This document shows, piece after piece, positions 56,996-64,000 of a stretch of 64,000 bases of DNA (its first letter is position 1; every line of letters starts with the position of its first letter). The position numbers were made by a program, and so were the translations under genes. The notes under the pieces were generated by a model. The model worked only from the letters and a program-made list of their open reading frames with translations, ran no database searches and was not told the DNA's origin. This stretch comes from an uncultured Planctomycetaceae bacterium (GTDB taxonomy: Bacteria; Planctomycetota; Planctomycetia; Planctomycetales; Planctomycetaceae): NCBI GenBank assembly GCA_963813715.1, contig CAWFAK010000015.1:32001-96000 (forward strand). The letters are read 5' to 3'.

Positions 56996-57190
56996 CCGGG
57001 CATCAGGCTCGGCGAGAGCGACGACTTCGGCTTCAACGCCGTCAAAGAGCGCGTGCACGTTCACGACCTGCACGCCACGATCCTGCACCTCTTGGGCTTC
57101 GACCACACGCGACTGACCTACCGCTTCCAAGGCCGCAACTCCCGGCTGACCGACGTGCTGGGGAACATCGTGCAGCCGCTCTTGGCGTAA
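56996..57190 (+). repeat. 195-bp direct repeat, copy 2 (orphan 3' fragment of DUF1501)
   Basis: Reads [34 protein letters not shown]...QPLLA*, with no start codon. Confidence 0.95.
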
Positions 57191-57543
57191 ACGCGCGGTC
57201 GCTCGTTCGTCGGCGCTGCGACTCCCAGGTATCGAGTCGCTCAATTCTTTAGCACGCGCCGAGTGACAATGTGCGAATGCTCCGTGTTTTGAGAGCGTTC
57301 ACGCTGCGCACTGCCAGATCACGCCACTCAGTAGTTTTACCGATGCAAGCTCACGGTAAATTCATCCTGCCACGGTCGCGATCTGCGGTGGCAAAAAATT
57401 ACTGGTGTTAAGCGAAACTTTACCGATCACTGCCAAAATTTACACACTTCGCCGCTAGCGTGAGTCGGATCGAGACCGCACCGTATCGCCACGCCGTGCG
57501 CTCGGTCGAATTTTTCCACCATCTTTCCGCAAAGGACGTTTTC

Positions 57544-58744
57544 ATGTCGCGCCGACGTCGAGCGTTCACGTTGATCGAACTGCTGGTGGTGATCGCCATC
57601 ATCGCTGTCTTAGTCGCGCTGTTGCTGCCCGCCGTGCAATCGGCGCGAGGCGGCCCGCCGCACGCAATGCCGCAACAACCTCAAACAGATCGGCATTGCG
57701 GAACATAACTACGTCGACATCAACAAGTGTTTCACGCCGTCGAACATGACGGGCCCCGGCCCGATCAGCAAAGTCGTGAACAACAACGGGAGCTGCCCCG
57801 AAATTCCGGACGGCGTCGATTGCTCGAACACGCACTTCTGGGGTGAGTTTCTGCTGCCGTTCCTGGAAGCCGAGACCGTCTATCGCCAGATCTGCATGAA
57901 CCAGCCGATTTACTCGCCGGTTGTGATCTGCGAAAGCAACAAGGCGGGCAAGCTTCACCAGGTCTGGTGCTTCCCGAACTCCGACCATTGCTGCGCGGGG
58001 GGCGGCGGCTCGCCGGGCACAGCCCCGGCCGGCCAGGTCATTCCGGCCTATGTCTGTCCCTCGTCGCCGCGTTCGCAGAATCCCTTTCTGGAAAAAACGA
58101 GCGACAACTGTCTCTCGCTGCTCTTGAAGGCGTCGCGAGGCACCAACACCATCATCAGCCCCTATTGGGCTGGCGCCAGTGATTACACGGCCGTCAACGA
58201 ATACACGGGCTCGTTGCAATCGTACTACAACTTTATGAATCCCGATTCGCCGGAGTTACACACGAACGGGATCATGGAAGAGCATGCCTTGGGGGTCTCG
58301 GTCGAGGCCGTGCTCGACGGCACATCGACAACCATCCTGGCCGGAGAGCTCGCGGGGCTTCCCGACCTCTGGCATCGCGGCGTCAAAGTGCCGCTCACTA
58401 TTCAGAACACGTTCTTTTCCGCATTCGCCGGCTTCCCGGGGGTCGTTGGCAACAACGGCGGAGGCTGCTGGGCCTGCGTCGAAAATGCGGTGAACGAACT
58501 GTCAGGAACCGATTTTACGGGAGAAACCAATGCTCCCGTGGAGAAGTCGCCGGTGTTCACGCCGGTCTGCATCATCAACTGCTCGAACGAAAACGGCGGC
58601 GGGCTCTACAGCTTCCATCCGGGCAGCTGCGGCCTGCTGATGGCTGATGGCTCGGCCCATTTGGTCAGCGAGAACATGAGCGCGACCGTCTTCTGCCGAC
58701 TGGTCAGTCGCAACGGCCGTCAACCTGTGCTGGATGCGTTCTAA
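57544..58744 (+). CDS. Cys-rich DUF1559 prepilin-type protein with H-X9-DG motif (frameshift near 57648)
   Basis: [34 protein letters not shown]; about 17 Cys. Confidence 0.92.
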
Positions 58745-58866
58745 GCTCGGGCAGGTGGCAGCGACGCTCACCACGATCTTCGGCAAATCCGTGAGGCCCG
58801 TTGATCCACGCGCGGCCGTGCGCCTCCAGCGCGCGACCGCGCTTCTTCTGAGAAGGATGTCTCGCG

Positions 58867-59425
58867 ATGTCAATTCGAATTGAGCGGGGAACGACCTTCG
58901 CACAGAAGGGAACGCTGATCCTGGCGATGTGTGGTCTTATGTTGGCCGGCTGCGGTCGTACGAACGACCGACTGAAACAGGCCTACCAGGACGCAGCGCT
59001 GGCAAAGGTCCCGGTGGCGCCCGTGTCGGGAATCGTTACGGTCGACGGCCTCGCGCCGGCTCCGTTCACTTTGGTCATGTTGTGGGATCCCAAGAAACCG
59101 AGTGCGAACGTCCTGCGAACGATCTGCGATTCCGAAGGGAGGTTTGCCTTCACGAGCTACGAAGGCGGGGACGGCGTGCCGCCGGGAACCTACGTGGTTC
59201 TTGTTCGCACAGTTCAACATGGGAAGACCGCTCGGAACCTTCGATCCCCCCGATGCGCTGAAGAATCTCTACAACGACCCCGACAAGAACGGGTCGAAAC
59301 CCGAGTTTCAAATCACGGTCGACCTGCCCGGTCGAACGGACTATCAGTTCAATCTCCCCGTCGCGGGCGAGTCGCCGGGCGTTCCCGGTCCCCATTCGAT
59401 CACCGAAGTGAAAACTGCCACGTGA
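58867..59425 (+). CDS. DUF1559-associated lipoprotein (frameshift near 59200)
   Basis: Lipobox LAG-C, SGIVTVDG, GDGVPPGTYVV, DALKNLYNDPDKN. Confidence 0.82.
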
Positions 59426-59870
59426 AGTGCCGTGGCAGGCTGGGATGACCGCGGATACGGGCAAGACGGCGCGGCTCAATGAGCGTCGGCAAGACAGGGT
59501 ACGCAACTGGGCTCGCTGACGGCGGGTAAAGGGACGGCGGAGGGGTCGATCGGGCGATTCATTGAACGCGCTCGGAAATCGGGCCGAATAACGAATACGG
59601 CCCCGTCGCGGCGACTGTGCGTTTCTTAATCTTCCGACGGGCTGCCGCAGTCGGAAGATGTTGCCGTAGCCGGGTTTGCTGCCGTTTCGTAGAGTCCTCG
59701 CCTCAACTGGGCGTTCGCCGCTGCGGCTGCGGCTGGTCACGACCTTCGTGCGTCGATTTTCGGTATCTGATTTTCCCAGCGCTGACTGGTGACGGACGGC
59801 CTTCGCGCGCGGCCTCCGCCCGCCGGCTCGGCGTCCTTGTCTCCATTGGTCGATCGCTGAACGGGGTTCC

Positions 59871-62800
59871 ATGCGGCGCTCCCAGGCTGTCCACGAAACG
59901 TCGGTAGGGCTGTTTGCCTTTCTCGACGTTTTGATGTCGACGATGGGATCGCTGATTCTCGTGCTGATGATCGTCTCGCCCAAGATCCGACAGGAAAAAA
60001 TTGCCAAGGCGGCGACCGAGGTGGCCCGCGACGTCGTCAAGATCGAGACGAAACCGACGCCCACACTGGCTCCCGCGCCAGCTCCTGCGGTCGTGCCGAA
60101 GCGCGAAACGATCGACCTCAACGCCAAGTTCGCCACGCACGTGACCGAGCTCACCAGCCAGGCGGACGACAAGCGTCGCACCGCGGCCGATGCCCAGCAC
60201 GAGCTGGCGACGGCCCGCGACCGCTCGCAGAAGGTGCACGAGACCCGCGAACAGCTCGAGCATGAGCTGGCCGACTTGCGGGCCGCAAAGACTCGTCTGC
60301 TGGCGTCGGTCGAAGACCTCTCGGCCGAAGGTGTGAAGGTGGAAACCGAGCTGGCGCGGCGCGGCTCGCGGCTGCGGAAAATCCGCGATCACATCGCGCA
60401 CGAGTCGACCGAGTACGCGTTCGTCGCCTACGACGGCGTCTCCGGCACGACCCGTCGGCCCATCCTCGTCGAGTGTGCCGACGACCGTATCAAGTTCGTT
60501 CAAGAAAATATCACGCTGACGTCGGCCGACATCACTGGCTTCACAAGCGTGGCCAACCCGCTCCTCTCCGGGGCCGAGGCGCTGCTCGACTACTGGTCCA
60601 CGCACTCGTCCGCCAATGAGCCGAAGCCCTACGTGCTGATGGTGGTGCGACCGAGCGGCACGCTCTCTTATTACCGGGCCCGTAACCTGCTCGAGCGAAT
60701 GAAGGCGCCGTTCGGCTACGAGTTGTTGGCCGAGGATCAGAAGCTGGCGGCCCCCCCAGCCGATCCGCAGGCCACGCTCGCCTGTCGCGAGGCCATCGAT
60801 CGCGCCATCGCCAAACGCGACGCAGTCTTCAACCAGGTCTTCGCCACGACTGGAGGGTCGAGGCGCGACCCGTTTCGCCGCGGACCCGGAGGCGCGGGCG
60901 GAGATATCCCCGGCGCCAACGGGAACGGCACACCGGGCGGCTCGAAGGACGGCAGCGGCGTCGGGCCTAGCGGAACCGGCGGCGGCGTAGGCGGCAATGG
61001 CACGGGTGCAACCTGGACCTTCGCCGATCCCTTCGACCTGACGTCAGGCGGCGTGAAAGTCGCCGGCAAAGGCGTGGCCGGGGCAAGCAGTGACGCGCTC
61101 GTCGCGTCGGGCAACACGGCCCAAGGCGTAGCGGGCGGCAACGGCCCTGGTAGCAAGGGCGCGGATGGCAACGGCGCGGGCCCAGGCGGAGCGTCCAGCG
61201 GCGACCTCGACGGCAACGGCTCGAGCAAGTCTGGATCGGGCAGTGACCGAGCGGCGGGTGCTGGACCAAGCGGTGCCGGACCGGGTGGCACGGGAGCGGC
61301 CGGCACGACTGCCCTCGGCGGTGTGGCCCAGGCGAACGGCGGCCCGGCAAATGGAAACGGCGGCAATGGCGGCGGCGGTTTTGGTGGCGGCAGCGGCTTG
61401 CCCGATTCGTTGGTCGGCGGCGGCGCCACGGGCGGCACCGGTCCGGGTGGCGGAACGGGCGCGGCCGCTCCGGGTGGTCTGCCCGCGGGTGGCGGCGCCG
61501 GCCCAAGCGGACTTGGCTCAGGTGGAGTCGGTCCCAACGGACAGGAAGGCGGCGGAGCTGGCGGCAATCTGGTCGCGGGCGGCCCTGGTGGAACAGGAAA
61601 CGGCGCGGCGCCGGGAGGCGCTGGTGGAATGGGGTCCGGTGGGCTCGGTCCCAATGGCGCGGGCGGCGTGAGCGGTGGCGGTCCGAATGGAACGACTGCG
61701 AATGGCAGCGGTCTGACCGCCGGATCTCCGGACGGTTCGCTGACCGCAGGCGCGATGAACGGCACGAGCAATTTGGCGAATGGGCCCGACGGTTCCGATC
61801 CAAACGCGAACGCCAACGGCAAGCCGCCCGTGCGCCCGGAGAAGCGGGACTTTCGCCAAGCGGCGATCTGCTGGCGGGCAGTCCGAATGCAAACAGTCCG
61901 AATGGCAACAGTGGCACTGGCACGAACGGGCAGCCGGGCGGAGCACGCTCTGATGAGCCGTTCGAGTTGCTGCCGACGCTCGGGGCCGGCAAGGGTCCAG
62001 GCATGGATGGCGGCATGCCGGGGGAACTCGGCAATTCGTCAAGCGGCGGCGACCTCGCGCTCTCCGGCGCGGCTGGTTCGCAGCAATCCGGCGCAAGCGC
62101 CTGCCGGATCGTCGTCTGCTGAATTCGGATCCGGGCCAACGACGCCCATTCTGCAAGCCGGCACCGGCGGTTCGCCGTTGGGCGCGCCGAGCGGCGGCCT
62201 GAGCAGCGCCAGCGGAATGAGCGGCGGCAGCGGCGGCGGCACCGGTCAGCCCGACTCTCTCGGCACAGGCTCAGGGTCAGCCCGCTTCCACGTCAACCGG
62301 TTGGTGGCCAACCCGGCACGCCACAAATGTCCTCCGACCCGGGAACCGCCAGCCCGCAGGGCGACTCGGCCTCTTCGTCCGGCCCGTCTGCCGGCAGTCC
62401 GAGCGGCGGCGCGCCGGGCGGCGGCAGTCCCGGTGGCGGCAGCATGGGCAGCGATGGCGGCGACGCGGGCCAGTCGGCTTCCGGCTCGGTCGACGCGTCG
62501 GCCGGAGCGGGCGGTATGCCCAGCCTGGGACACGGGGGCGACGACACACCCGACAACAGCTTTGCCACACGTCACTGGGGCTACTCGACGCCGCAAGCCA
62601 CGTGGGCTTCAACCACGACGTGAGTGTATGGATCGGCGCGCATTCGATCGTGGTCGGCAGCCAGCCGCCGATTCCGATCAGCCGCGCGGAATCGGCGCCG
62701 CGATTGGCCGCGCTCGTCGTCCCCGCGCTCGATCGCGAAGCGCGGACCTGGGGCCGGCCGCCACGACCATTTGTACTGGGTGCCCAACGTCAAGTTCGTG

Positions 62801-62932
62801 GTGAGCCCCGGCGGCAACCTGACTTACGAACGCCTGCGACCGGTCATGCAAAGACACGGAATGGTTTCGTCGGTCGAGTATCGGCTCGAGTTGGAATCGC
62901 CGCGGCAAACTTTCCATTCGTGGGTGCAGTAG
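59871..62932 (+). CDS. Membrane-anchored ExbD-like protein with a coiled coil and very long Gly-rich region (several frameshifts after ~61820)
   Basis: N-terminal LFAFLDVLMSTMGSLIL TM helix, coiled coil, YVLMVVRPSG domain, Gly/Ser/Pro tract, C-terminal WVPNVKFVVSPGG domain ending at 62932. Confidence 0.72.
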
Positions 62933-62934
62933 CC

Positions 62935-64000
62935 ATGTCGCGCCGACGTCACTCCGATGAGATCGAGTTTGGCTCCGACTCGTTTCTCGACATCGTCGCC
63001 AACATCGTCGGCATCCTGATCATTCTGATCGTGGTGGCGGGGATCAAGGCGGGCACCGCCCCCGTCACGGCCGAGCGCTTGGCCGAATATCTGCGAACGC
63101 ACGTGCAGACGCCGACGCCCAAGGTCGAAGCCGCGGCCGCTCCCACGCCGGCCGAACTGCCCAAAGAACCGCCGCACCTCGAGCCGCTGGTCATTCCCCC
63201 TTCCCCCGCACTGATCCAGCAGGCCGACGCGCTCAAGGCGGAGATCGCCTCGCTCAAGTCCGCGAGCGAGACGGCGGCCGGAGAGGTCGAGCAGGCCGGT
63301 CGCGACGAACAGGCCGACAACCAAGCCATCGCCGACTTGCGGCAGGCGATCGACACCGAGGCGGCCGAATTGGGAACCGACAAGTCAAAACTGGCCAACA
63401 CCGAGAGCCAGTTGGCCGCCAAGAAAACGGGCCTGCTCCAGCTGGAAGTGGACGTGCAACGGGCCGAGGCCGTCAAGCCGAAAGTCGCCACGCTCAAGCA
63501 CAAGCTCACGCCGCTGGGGCGGGAGATCAACGGCAAAGAACTGCATTTCCGCCTGCTCAACAACCGCGTCGCCTTTCTGCCGCTGGAAGAGCTGATCCAA
63601 CGACTGCGGCCGATGATTCTCCGCAATCGGGAGCGGCTGATGCGTGACGGTGTCAAGCGGGGCGAGATCGGCCCGGTTGCCGGCTTCCACATGGAGTACG
63701 TGATCGAGGCACGGCGGCTGTCCGCGATGGAAGAATTGCGAGCGGGAACGTCCGCCTCCATCAATCTCAGTTCGTGGAGGCTCGTTGCCGAGCCCGACCT
63801 GGAAACCGAGAGCGGCGAAGAAGCCGTGCGGAACAACGGCGACTTTGTCCGCCGGCTCCGCGATGCCGACGCCGACACGACGATCACCTTCTGGGTCTAC
63901 CCCGATAGCTACGCGCTTTACCGTCAACTGCAGGAGTTCGCGCATCACGAAAACTTTACTGTCGCCGCGCGACCCATCCCGTTCGGCGTGCCGATCGCCG
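62935..64000 (+). CDS. Membrane-anchored ExbD-like coiled-coil protein, 3' truncated by the window end
   Basis: MSRRRHSDEIEFGSDSFLDIVANIVGILIILIVV; frame open to the edge; ITFWVYPDS; absent from the ORF track because it has no stop. Confidence 0.85.
   Translation, partial: MSRRRHSDEIEFGSDSFLDIVANIVGILIILIVVAGIKAGTAPVTAERLAEYLRTHVQTPTPKVEAAAAPTPAELPKEPPHLEPLVIPPSPALIQQADALKAEIASLKSASETAAGEVEQAGRDEQADNQAIADLRQAIDTEAAELGTDKSKLANTESQLAAKKTGLLQLEVDVQRAEAVKPKVATLKHKLTPLGREINGKELHFRLLNNRVAFLPLEELIQRLRPMILRNRERLMRDGVKRGEIGPVAGFHMEYVIEARRLSAMEELRAGTSASINLSSWRLVAEPDLETESGEEAVRNNGDFVRRLRDADADTTITFWVYPDSYALYRQLQEFAHHENFTVAARPIPFGVPIA

Overview
GC-rich bacterial chromosomal DNA, very probably from a planctomycete. 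This rests on three DUF1559 prepilin-like genes, a DUF1553/DUF1549 cytochrome next to a DUF1501 gene, and a PSCyt-type cytochrome. About 55 coding regions are present, including dcd, thrC, tatC, nth, a MoxR ATPase, two ECF sigma/anti-sigma pairs, an inverse-autotransporter-like adhesin and an ExbD-like gene pair. Roughly 20 genes, including thrC and tatC, are split by small indels. That pattern fits long-read consensus error better than pseudogenisation, so I stitched those genes together. Main points of interest: (1) a co-oriented cluster of Cys-rich pilin-like gene, lipoprotein, PhyH-type Fe/2OG dioxygenase, ArsI (C-As lyase-like) fused to a degenerate methyltransferase, and ArsR, behind a perfect 9-4-9 inverted repeat, which is a candidate undescribed organoarsenical/metal(loid) system; (2) three paralogous Cys-rich DUF1559 + lipoprotein modules with a conserved scaffold and hypervariable Cys loops; (3) an integrase-free ParA-like + HeH-like cassette flanked by a 195-bp duplication of the DUF1501 3' end with mostly synonymous differences; (4) a repeat-rich plastic region at 21.0-23.8 kb; (5) back-to-back ECF promoters GGGAAT-N16-CGGTAGG. 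I saw no rRNA, tRNA, CRISPR array, integrase or transposase. All family assignments come from recognising motifs by eye, with no database searches.
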